From positions 126,606,001-126,666,000 of the forward strand of contig NW_024704742.1 in NCBI RefSeq assembly GCF_018977255.1: a stretch of 60,000 nt of DNA, given 5' to 3'. The translations under genes were made by a program, and so were the position numbers. Positions within the stretch are counted from its first letter, which is position 1; each line of letters begins with the position of its first letter. The notes beneath the pieces were generated by a model. It worked only from the letters and a program-made list of their open reading frames with translations. It ran no database searches and had not been told where the DNA came from. Below are positions 34,401 through 43,183 of this stretch, piece after piece. This DNA comes from Callorhinchus milii. Taxonomy: Eukaryota.

Positions 34401-37400
34401 CTCCGGGTGGCATCTCAGAGCACTTAACTATGGCAGAGTCCAAGGTCGAGCCAGGAGAGGGGGAAGGTGACCGTAGGCACGGTCAAAAAAGAAGTTCTTC
34501 AGGCTCGACCTGTAGATGGGGAAGGAGGGGACGAGGCAAAGGGGTTGAGGGAGGGAGTTTCAAAATTTCAGGGCTTAGGCGCTGAAGGCACGGCTGCTGA
34601 TGGTGGTGCGGAGGATACAAGGGACAGTAGAGCAGAGGCAGCGGGTATTGCTGTGGGGAGAGAGGTTAGAGAGATAGGCGGGTTCCAAGGAATGGAGGGA
34701 ATTAAACACTAGAGTGAGAATCTTGAAATCGATCCGCTCTGTAACAGGGAGCCAGTGGAGATTGGCAAGGACTGGAGTAATTGGGTACGAAGTTTGGTAT
34801 GGGTGAGAATGCGGACGGGGGAATTTTGAATGAGCTGAATTTTGTAAATAGTGAGGATGGGAAATCAGCGAGAAGGGCGTTAGAGTTGTCTAGACAAGAG
34901 GTAACAAAGGCATGGACAAGGGTCTCAGCAGCTTTTGAGATGAGGTATTGTCAGAGACGGGCAATGTGGCGGAGGTGGAAGAAAGCGGTGCTGGTCAGGA
35001 ACTGGACGTGGGCGAGGAAGGATAACTGGGGATCGAGTTGAGTAAGTTGCGCAAAGGTACAGAGAGTTTTAAGGTCAGATTGGATAGGTTGAAGAGATCG
35101 GAACCGTGGGACAGAAGATGTTGACCATCTGTAGAAATTAGTTTTGGCAGTTTGTACGGTAGAACTCGAACTAAGCGAGTGCGGTCTCACTGAGGTGGAT
35201 GATGGTAGGATAGACGGTGGAGGAGGATGGCATGATCAACTGTGTCGAACGCGGCGGAGAGGTCCAGGAAGATGAGCGGGCAGAGGGAGCCCTGGACACA
35301 GATAGAGAGGATATCGTTTGTGACTTTCACGAGCGCTGTCTCTGTACTGCAGGTAGGGCGCAAACAGGCCTAGAGGAGTTCAAGTAGGGTGTGGAGGGAG
35401 AGGTGTGCGCAAAGTTGGTTGGCAACAACATGTTCCAGAGTATTGGCAAGGAAGGGCAGGTTTGAGATAGGATGGTAGTGACCAAGTTTGGAGGGATCAA
35501 CGGTAAGTTTTTTAAGGAGGGGGGTGATGACCGTGGTTTTGAAGGGTAGTGGGACTAATCCTGAGGAGAGAGACTGGTTAATAGTGTCTGCCAGCAGTGA
35601 GCATAAGAGGGAGGCCAGCAGTTGGGTGGAGAGGGGGTCGAGGCAGCAGGTGGTGGGTTTCATTGTGGTGATGGTGGATGAGAGGAAGAAAGGAGAAATG
35701 GGGACCAATGAATGTAGGATGGAGCCGTGGTAGGGGCTGAGGGCGGGATGGGTGAGGGAGACGGGACTGGTAGATGACACGGGCCAGAAGGATGAAGCTA
35801 CCAGGCGGATGTTGTCAATTTTAGAGGTAAGGAAGTCGTACTTGGCGTTCATCATAACTTCCTGACTTTTGTATTCTATGTCCCTATTTATAAAACCTAG
35901 TATTCCGTTTGCTTTTTTAACATGCTTTGAATGTTTGAATTTTAATCAAGCTTGAATTAAAACAGATACCCAGGACACTAATGATTGTTATCCAGCCAAA
36001 CCGTTTACAAGAGAACTTGAATTGACCAAGAAAAGCACTTATTCAGTGACAGAAATATATCTCAAGGTCCAAAAACTATCAAGACTCAAAGAGATGCACA
36101 GATCTAAGAAACATTAATTAAGTTTTTAATTAAATATGCTCCAACTTATAAAGTGGATGAACAACAAGTTACACTTGTATAGTGCCCTTCACGTCAGAAA
36201 GACATTCCAGGGCGTTGAACAATCAGGGATTTTTAGACCCAAGCTGGGAGTTGGGGTCAGGAGAGGTGGAGGGCGGGGTGGGAGTTTGGCCACCGAGCAA
36301 AGGGAATGAAACTAGTAATAGTTGCCAAGTACAGGGTACTTCACAATTCCATAAGATTTAATCATTCAGAAAATACTTGCTGAACTAATTCCAAGTATAT
36401 ACTGTGAATAGAATATTGTCAAAACAATCCTTTGGACAACAGTTAGAATGGATCAAACAGATGAGGCAGCTAAGATCTTACAAAGAAAGAGTTAACTGGG
36501 CTGATAAGCAAATGACGTTCAATGCAGATAATTACAAGGTACTGCGTACGGGAAGTGAACTTAAAGAGACTTGTGTACTCAAAGGGATGGACTAAAACTT
36601 GCCACGGGGTTGAAAGAAACTTAAGGGACTCTACACGTCACTCACCATATCTAAACAATGTGAGGCAGAAATAAACAAGCTCAACAGGACCCTGGTACAC
36701 ATTGCGAAATCAGTAGAGGTCAATCTTCCAGGAGTTAGGTTCAAATGGTTGTGATCAGACAGGTTTTACCTAACGGAATGTGCGCAGTTCTAGGCATCGT
36801 GACATAAGTGACCCGCTTTCAATCTGATATCACTACTGAGGAAAGCAGCGAGGCCGATTACCACAGGGTATCTGATACACAAGGAAACCCATCACAGTGC
36901 TTAAGAGTCTCCAAACCAAACTACTGAGAACTCCAAGTGTCCAATATGGAGTGCACACTCTTCTCCCCAGAAGAGAGGCACCCTGCTTACCTAACCCTCG
37001 AGAGTTTAGACACAGGTTGGTGAAACCAAGGGTTCCAAGATACATTACAGAGATCTGCAAAATGCTTAAAAATTATGGAACAGTAATACTTTCAAACGTG
37101 TCTGAATAGGAGGACAAGATTGAAGGTTGAGAAGGAAAATATTAGGCAGTATTTGGGACATTAGGGCAAGTGATGTACCCCACCCACTGGATATACTAGT
37201 CCTCAGGCTTTTCTGGCTAGAGATAGCTGAGCTGTTCTATTCCTAAATAATTTTAATGCCTTTTGGCATCAGCAATATGTACAGACCTTCTGCAGTGTTC
37301 ATAGAACAGTTTGAGCCAGAAAAGGTCATTGTATATAGCCCAGTGAAAAATAAAATTACTTTATCCAACACTTGAAATCAGTTTTCTGAAAGTGATATTT

Positions 37401-40400
37401 TACAAAAATTATTCAAAAAGATCTGCACATTTTAATAAAAAAGGGAAGGAAATTGCAACTTGAATACTGTAAACTTACTTGCACAAGAGTCAAATTGCAA
37501 TGAAAATAATAAAAAATAATCCTTAGTTTGGTAATCACTTTTCACTTCATGTCTCAACGTACTTCACAAGAAATACTGTAAAGTGCACTGACAGTGTTTT
37601 GTGGGTGAATGTGGCACCCAATTTGCACACAGCAACGTCCCACAGACAGTCATGCTGTAAGTGACCAATTTTATATTGAGGATAGCTGGTCATAACACCG
37701 CAAGAAACTCCCTTCTCTTTTCCAATCATGCAATGGGACCTTTAATGCCAACGAACAGGTAGATGGGACCTCGGTTTAACATCTCATCAGCTGGCGGCAC
37801 CTCTGACAATGCAACACCCCCCAACACTGCATTGGAGTAGGTGCTTAGATTATGTGAGTTTTAAATAATAAGTCTTTAAATGGAAGAGGACACAGTAGTT
37901 TCCAGTTTGAAATGTGAATAGATTGGTAAAAACAGAAGCATTCAGTATAGATATAGAAGAATACCTGATTCCACAAGCAATCTGGTATGGAGTGCTTTTC
38001 CATGACTCTCCCTCCACCTGTTTGCCATCTGGCAGAGTGACAGTAATTGGCTTGCTATCTTTTGCAGCTCGTTCCGCTAGAATCGTATCATTCTCTGCTT
38101 TTAGTTTATTGTACAGTTCAAGACGCTTATTGATATAGTCTGGCCATGGATCCAACTGTAGGGACAGGAGGACAGAAAGTTAAGCAGAAACACTTCTCTG
38201 GTTACCCTCTAAACCAACATTGTTGGTCAGGGTTTTTTGTAAATTTAAAATTCTTAGCAGTACAGTACGATCAAACTCAATTGCAGATAATATAGAAGAT
38301 GAATGAAATAATGTTTAATCACATTTTTACTGTCCAGCCTGATCTCCACAATCTCCAAAGCAGTCTGATGCAATAAAGGAGGATCATTTTCTGTCACCTG
38401 GTTCTAGTCTAACAAGTGCATCCACACCCAATTTACAACAAGATTATATTTGTATAGCGCCTTTCACATTGGGAGGACGTCCCAAGGTGCTGATATATTT
38501 GTTGCACCTGCAACATATTCAAACCAGTGAATTCACTTGAATAAGCTTCCTATTAGTTTGAAACTGAAAACACAAGAAATAATAATAATAATCCTTGCAT
38601 TTGATATAGCGCTTTTCACGTCGGGAGGACGACCCAAAGCGCTTCACAGAACACACTGTAAAGTGAATTGACTGTATATTTGTGGGCAAACGCGGCAGCC
38701 AATTGCGCACAGCAATGTCCCACAAACAGTCGTAGATTGAAAATGACCAATTTAATTATTGTTTTTGGTTTTTGGAGGGATTATTATTAGGCTCTGTGTG
38801 GAGTAAGGAAACTTGCCCAAGGTTTCGCCCTCTGCCCGGAATTGAACTCAGGTCTCTCACTTGCAAAGCGAGTGCTCTAACCACTGAGCTACAGGACTCC
38901 AAATAACTTTCATTACCTACTAGTGTACATTCTCAAGGTGCTAGTATATTACAAAAACACAGAACATTCTCACCTCGGATTTCTTTGCATCACCATCATC
39001 CTTATTACTCTTCTTCTTGCCTCCATCTTTACGTTTTGCAGGAATGGCTTTAGACTGGAAACAGTAAAAAAATGCAATTACAGATGCTGAATGATAATCC
39101 AAAAATGTTTCCTCTCTGTGCTCCCTTAATCAATAACCTATTTAAAATCTACAATGCAGGTTTGGCTGGTAATATTGTTTAAGGTCTCAGTACCATGCTT
39201 AATCCATGCGGAAAAGCTTTCATACCCATTCTTTCCATTTATTTGGTTCTTATACAGAGGTAGGCAGAACTAGGGGATAGCACGGAAGGCATCCTCACAA
39301 GACTACCAGGTGATCGGCTTCAAGATCTTCATCCTCACATTCAATTCCTTCCTGATCTTGCTCCTGTCTACCTTTACAATCTTCACTATTCTCCTGAGTG
39401 CCCTCCATTTGCCAATCTTAGTCAACTTCTCTCTCTGTCCCATTATTGGTCAGTGAGCTTGCAGCCACTAAGGAACTATCTCCCCAAATTCCTTTGCTTT
39501 GCTCCTTCTCTCCATGCCTTCAAAACCCTCAACATGCATCTCTTTGACAGTGCCTCTGGTTAACACATCCTTCAGTTCACCATCCTTTCCTCGTTGCTCA
39601 GGTATCCCCATCATCTCTGTGAAGCATTTAAAGACTTGTGTCATATGTGAAAGGGAATCCTCTCGGTCTGGCAGGTCTGGTACCCAACTTCGACCGAAAT
39701 TTAACATAAAAGGTAGGAGTGTGGAAAGGCTCAGCAAGTCAACCAGCACATGAAAGATAGGATGAGATAAAATGAGACAGCACAGATACAGGCCGCACAA
39801 GCCTCCATTCCCCCATCCCCCTCACCTATACAGTTACATACATTATAATAATAATCTGTGTATGCTGATATATAAAAACTTGCATTTACATAGCACCTTC
39901 ACACAGCTAGTTTCAGAGCTAGTGATTGTATTTGTGGGCAAATTTTTCATACACATATATATACACACAATACATTTTACAGTTACATAGCGCCTTGCAG
40001 GTTGGGAAACGGCTCAAAGTTTTGACACTGCGGGCTATATATCGATATATATTGGAGATATAAACATATATATATATAAAATGGGGCTATATACGTCAAC
40101 AACAACAACAAAATTACATTTGTAGAGCACCTTTCACGTCAGGAGGACATCGCAAGGCGCTGAACAATTTGGACACTCAGTGTTTCAGTTTTCAGACCCG
40201 CGCTGGGGGTCGGGATCGGGGGGGCTGGAGGGCAGGGGGTGAAGAGGGGGATTGAAGGCACGATCGCAGAGGAGGGTCTTGAGGCAGGTGTCGAAAGTAA
40301 TAATAATAATAATCCTTGCATTTGATATAGCGCTTTTCACGTCGGGAGGACGTCCCAAAGCGCTTCACAGAACACACTGTAAAGTGAATTGACTGTATAT

Positions 40401-41048
40401 TTGTGGGCGAACACGGCAGCCAATTGCGCACAGCAATGTCCCACAAACAGTCGTGGAATGAAAAAGGCAAAGAAAGTGGCAAAGAAGGGGGCAAAGCGTA
40501 TATATAATGGAGATATACACATATATATATATATGACAGGGCTATACATACATATATAATGGGGATATACACATACACGTGATGGAGACGTACATAATAA
40601 TCTCTGCATTTGACATAGCGCCATATCCCACCTTCAAGACGTCTCAAAGCGCTTCACAGGATATACTGTAAAGTGTAGTGACTGTATATTTTGTGGGCAA
40701 AACGCAGCAGCCAATTGTATCGTATCATACACATACACACACATATATATATATATGTATATATGATGGCGATATGCACATGTATCTGATGGAGGTAAGT
40801 TGGGTGCAGGTTAGTGGTGACGCCTTCCCCGGGTCAGGCTGAGCCGCTGAGCCGCTGAGCCGCGTCCCTCAGACACTGGCGGAGGCCGTCCAGCGGTGAG
40901 CGACTGGTTTTCAGTGACGGGCTCGGCTGGGAGCCCGGCCCGGCCCGGCCCGTTACCTCCCGGTGTACATGTGTCCGCGAGCCTCCTCCCTCACCTCGGT
41001 CTCCATGCTCAGCTCCCGAAGCTCCTCGGTCACTTGATCAGCCGCCAT
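19296..41048 (-). CDS. TARS1: Threonine--tRNA ligase 1, cytoplasmic; complete, 19 coding exons, 722 aa
   Basis: Exon lengths 54,81,191,124,122,118,65,79,147,99,167,163,138,78,101,105,73,115,149 sum to 2169 nt in one open frame; TGS domain, editing HSSAH and DLCRGPH, Zn ligand KPMNCPGH, motif 2 [18 protein letters not shown], motif 3 [13 protein letters not shown]-terminal AEEEF*; short N-terminus (no long TARS3-type extension). Confidence 0.95.
20970..21084 (-). CDS. TARS1: TARS1 exon 18
   Basis: [38 protein letters not shown]|gtaagc. Confidence 0.95.
21570..21985 (-). mobile_element. SacSINE1-like Deu-domain SINE, near full length
   Basis: gagtcagaggctgtgtggtttgagcccca head, gctgacaccccag..., ttaaaccaaggtcccgtctgcc, Deu core and L2-type tail. 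Confidence 0.72.
22039..22111 (-). CDS. TARS1: TARS1 exon 17
   Basis: [24 protein letters not shown]|gtgaag. Confidence 0.95.
22997..23092. repeat. Degenerate (TA)n / (TATAT)n microsatellite
   Basis: Almost pure A/T run in TARS1 intron 16. Confidence 0.85.
23200..23304 (-). CDS. TARS1: TARS1 exon 16
   Basis: [34 protein letters not shown](W)|gtaatg. Confidence 0.96.
23751..23851 (-). CDS. TARS1: TARS1 exon 15
   Basis: [33 protein letters not shown](S)|gtaagt. Confidence 0.96.
23930..24463. mobile_element. pogo/Tigger-like MITE with 24 bp terminal inverted repeats
   Basis: CTCAAACCCGTTTATATCGACATC vs reverse complement of right end CTCTAACCCGTTTATGTCCACATC (3 mismatches). Confidence 0.7.
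24481..24558 (-). CDS. TARS1: TARS1 exon 14
   Basis: [26 protein letters not shown]|gtaatt. Confidence 0.96.
24654..24791 (-). CDS. TARS1: TARS1 exon 13
   Basis: aag|[46 protein letters not shown]|gttagt. Confidence 0.95.
25505..25667 (-). CDS. TARS1: TARS1 exon 12
   Basis: [54 protein letters not shown]|gtttgt. Confidence 0.97.
26736..26902 (-). CDS. TARS1: TARS1 exon 11
   Basis: [55 protein letters not shown](C)|gtaagt. Confidence 0.97.
28760..28858 (-). CDS. TARS1: TARS1 exon 10
   Basis: [33 protein letters not shown]|gtatgt. Confidence 0.96.
29597..29743 (-). CDS. TARS1: TARS1 exon 9
   Basis: [49 protein letters not shown]|gtcagt. Confidence 0.97.
29987..30065 (-). CDS. TARS1: TARS1 exon 8
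   Basis: [26 protein letters not shown]|gtaagc. Confidence 0.96.
30555..30619 (-). CDS. TARS1: TARS1 exon 7
   Basis: [21 protein letters not shown](R)|gtaagt. Confidence 0.95.
31393..31510 (-). CDS. TARS1: TARS1 exon 6
   Basis: [39 protein letters not shown]|gtgaac. Confidence 0.95.
31622..31743 (-). CDS. TARS1: TARS1 exon 5
   Basis: [40 protein letters not shown](E)|gtatgt. Confidence 0.96.
32760..33440 (+). mobile_element. L2 LINE 3' fragment
   Basis: [51 protein letters not shown], stem-loop tail plus (TTG)n. Confidence 0.88.
33506..33629 (-). CDS. TARS1: TARS1 exon 4
   Basis: [41 protein letters not shown]|gtaagt. Confidence 0.96.
33805..35925 (-). mobile_element. CR1 LINE 3' end (33805-34370, resuming 35855-35925) interrupted by an L2 insertion (34371-35846)
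   Basis: CR1 peptide [38 protein letters not shown]...[13 protein letters not shown]2 peptide [12 protein letters not shown]...[26 protein letters not shown] duplicated at both L2 junctions. Confidence 0.85.
36440..37140 (+). mobile_element. Old CR1-like LINE fragment
   Basis: [16 protein letters not shown] resembles the CR1 RT W..W.M.FN..KC.V motif; heavily decayed. Confidence 0.55.
37965..38155 (-). CDS. TARS1: TARS1 exon 3
   Basis: [23 protein letters not shown]...[25 protein letters not shown](S)|gtattc. Confidence 0.96.
38580..38900 (-). mobile_element. Full-length tRNA-Ala-derived SINE
   Basis: GGAGTCCTGTAGCTCAGTGG (A box)...GTTCAATTC (B box); near-identical to the 4345-4650 copy. 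Confidence 0.92.
38974..39054 (-). CDS. TARS1: TARS1 exon 2
   Basis: ccag|[27 protein letters not shown]|gtgaga; 81 bp, phase 0/0, GGKKK motif typical of the TARS1 N-extension. Confidence 0.88.
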
Positions 41049-41470
41049 ATCCTGTCTCACTGCCCACTGCAGCTGATGCAATCCGGCGGCCAACACACAC
41101 CCACACACACACACCCTAACCTGCTGCCGGCGGTTGATGGACGTGGCCCCCACACCAACCCGGAGCCCGGATATCGCATACGTCACCAGGACAGAAGGCC
41201 GGACCGGCTCACGCTTCTCCAATCAGGGATCGATGTGGGCGGGTCTCCAGCTGACGCCACCAAGCTCGGTTGGTCTGCGCAGCGCGGAGCGGTGCGAGAA
41301 CGGCCGAGCCGGGAACGGAAGCGGAAACGCCGGGTCCTGAAGCTGGACTGGAAGACGCCATTCGAGGGCTTGGCGCACTCCCAGATCACGTGATCGCGAT
41401 CCGCACCATTGTTCCCGCCCCAACCATGCGTCATGCTGCAGGCTGCCCCTCAGCACGTGATCGGAGCACA
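40820..41470 (-). promoter_or_regulatory. TARS1: TARS1 CpG island promoter
   Basis: CpG-dense; TGATGCAAT 41074-41082, CCAAT 41219-41223, TGCGCAGCGC 41276-41285 (NRF1-like), CGGAAGCGGAA 41316-41326 (tandem ETS), CGCCATT 41356-41362 (YY1-like), palindrome GATCACGTGATC 41384-41395, GC box 41414-41421, CACGTG 41454-41459. Confidence 0.8.
40995..41048 (-). CDS. TARS1: TARS1 exon 1 coding part
   Basis: gatATGG context; [18 protein letters not shown]|gtgagg, phase 0 matching exon 2; inside CpG island. Confidence 0.8.
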
Positions 41471-41739
41471 GGCTCCCCTCATTGTGAGCCTCTGGGGCTC
41501 TGTGTAAAGCAATGGTCCAAACAAAGCCATAGAGCCCCTCCCCCCCCCCCCCCTCCCCCCTCCCCCCCACCCTGTGCTGTGCCCTCCCGCCCCCGTCACG
41601 CGGCCCACCTCAGCGCCCTCAAAACTAAAACCCGGACCCTCGAGCGCGGGCTCCATCTGCGCTGCGTGTGGAGGGTTTCCCCTATTATCGTGGAGACCCA
41701 AATCAACCCAAAGCCGCTGTTCTCCGCCATCCACCAATC

Positions 41740-42075
41740 CCCCAACTCCCTGCCCCCCCGCCCCCCCTGCCCTCCTGCCCCCAGCCCCCCCGCCCCCCAG
41801 CCCCCCGCCTCCCCTGCCCCCCAACCCCTGCCCCCCTGCCCCCCAGCCCCCCTACTCCCCTGCCCCCCAGCCCCCTGCTCCCCAGCCCCCTGCCCCCCCG
41901 GCCCCCCCTGCCCTCCTGCCCCCCAGCCCCCTGCTCCCCAGCCCCCTGCCCCCTTGCCCCCCGCCTCCCCTGCCCCCCAAACCCCCTGCCCCCAGCCCCC
42001 CGCTCCCCCAGCTCCCTGCCCCCCAGCTCCCCCAGCTCCCCCGCTCCCCAGCCCACCCCCCCCCCGCTCCCCCAG
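41740..42075 (+). repeat. C-rich (CCCCTG/CCCCCAG)n array
   Basis: Direct reading; upstream of the TARS1 promoter. Confidence 0.9.
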
Positions 42076-42868
42076 CTCTCGCTCGGTTCCATTAGCTCCC
42101 CATCGGTGAACGGATCGATTTCAAGATCCTCGTACTCGTTTTCAAATCCCTTCATGTCCTGGCACCTCCCTACCTCTCCGACCTGCTGACTCCCCAACCC
42201 ACAACACGCTGCGTCCGCTCGCCTGGCTCCAGCCTCCTGCTTGTCCCTCATACTCGTGGCCATGCTTTCAACCACTGAGCCCAGAAAGTCTGGAACACTC
42301 TTCCTCTATCCCTCTGCTTTGCCCCTTCCTTCCCCATCGTCAGGTCACGCCTGAAGACTTATTCCTATTTGACCGTGCCTATGGTCATATCCCCCTACCC
42401 CGGCTCAGCGTCATGCTCCACCACTGTTAAGCGCTCTGGGGCGCTACCCTGTGTGAGGATTGCTATATAAATGCAAGATGTTGTTACAATAAAACGTACA
42501 CATCACCTTGAAAAAGGGGAACTACTGAAGGACATCTGATGACCACATAACACTCGTTATCTTGTTATTGTACAAGGAACAAGAACTTGTAACTAGGAAG
42601 TGGGTTACCACCACTACGACTGAAGGTCAGGAGTGTTTTTGTGGTGGGAAGGCTGCTGACACATGCACGAATGTGATAGATGGTGGGACCAATGCATAAA
42701 GGGCATATTTGGGGGAATAAAAGCAGGAGTTTAGTGTCAGATCTGACCAACTCTCAGCTGCCTGCTCCTCTCCAAGGGATAGGGAGCTGATCAGTACTTT
42801 ATTCTCTGAAACCTGGTTGCTAGTGATAGTGGTTCACTACTCTGCATAACTGTTGACTATTGAACTAT

Positions 42869-43183
42869 AATAATAAAAATCCTTGCATTTGATATAGCGC
42901 TTTTCACATCTTCTAGATGTCTCAAAGCGCTTCACAGAATATGCTGTAAAGTGAATTGACTATATTTTGTGGGCGAAACGCGGCAGCCAATTGCGCACAG
43001 CAGCGTCCCACAAACAGTCGTGGATTGAAAATGAACAATTTATTATTGTTTTTTGTTTTGGAGGGATTATTATTAGGCGTGTGGAGTAAGGAAACTTGCC
43101 CAAGGTTTCGCCCTCTGCCTGGAATTGAACCCAGATGTCTCGTTTGCAAGGCGAGTGCTCTAACCACTGAGCTACAGGACTCC
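42869..43183 (-). mobile_element. Full-length tRNA-derived SINE
   Basis: Same family; tail loop TAGAA. Confidence 0.9.

Noticed and set aside
38826..38900. tRNA-Ala(TGC)-like sequence (also 43110-43183, 4580-4650, 49802-49870)
   Set aside because: The acceptor stem does not pair and the sequence runs straight into a SINE body, so these are SINE heads, not tRNA genes
19296..41048. Assignment as TARS3 or TARS2, and intronic snoRNAs
   Set aside because: The 722 aa product with a short acidic and lysine-rich N-terminus fits TARS1; I saw no convincing C/D or H/ACA structure by eye, though an Infernal/Rfam scan would be needed to exclude them
41270..42275. Pro-rich and Gly-rich ORFs of 173-279 aa
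   Set aside because: Products of the C-rich array, CpG island and L2 remnant; overlapping open frames on both strands
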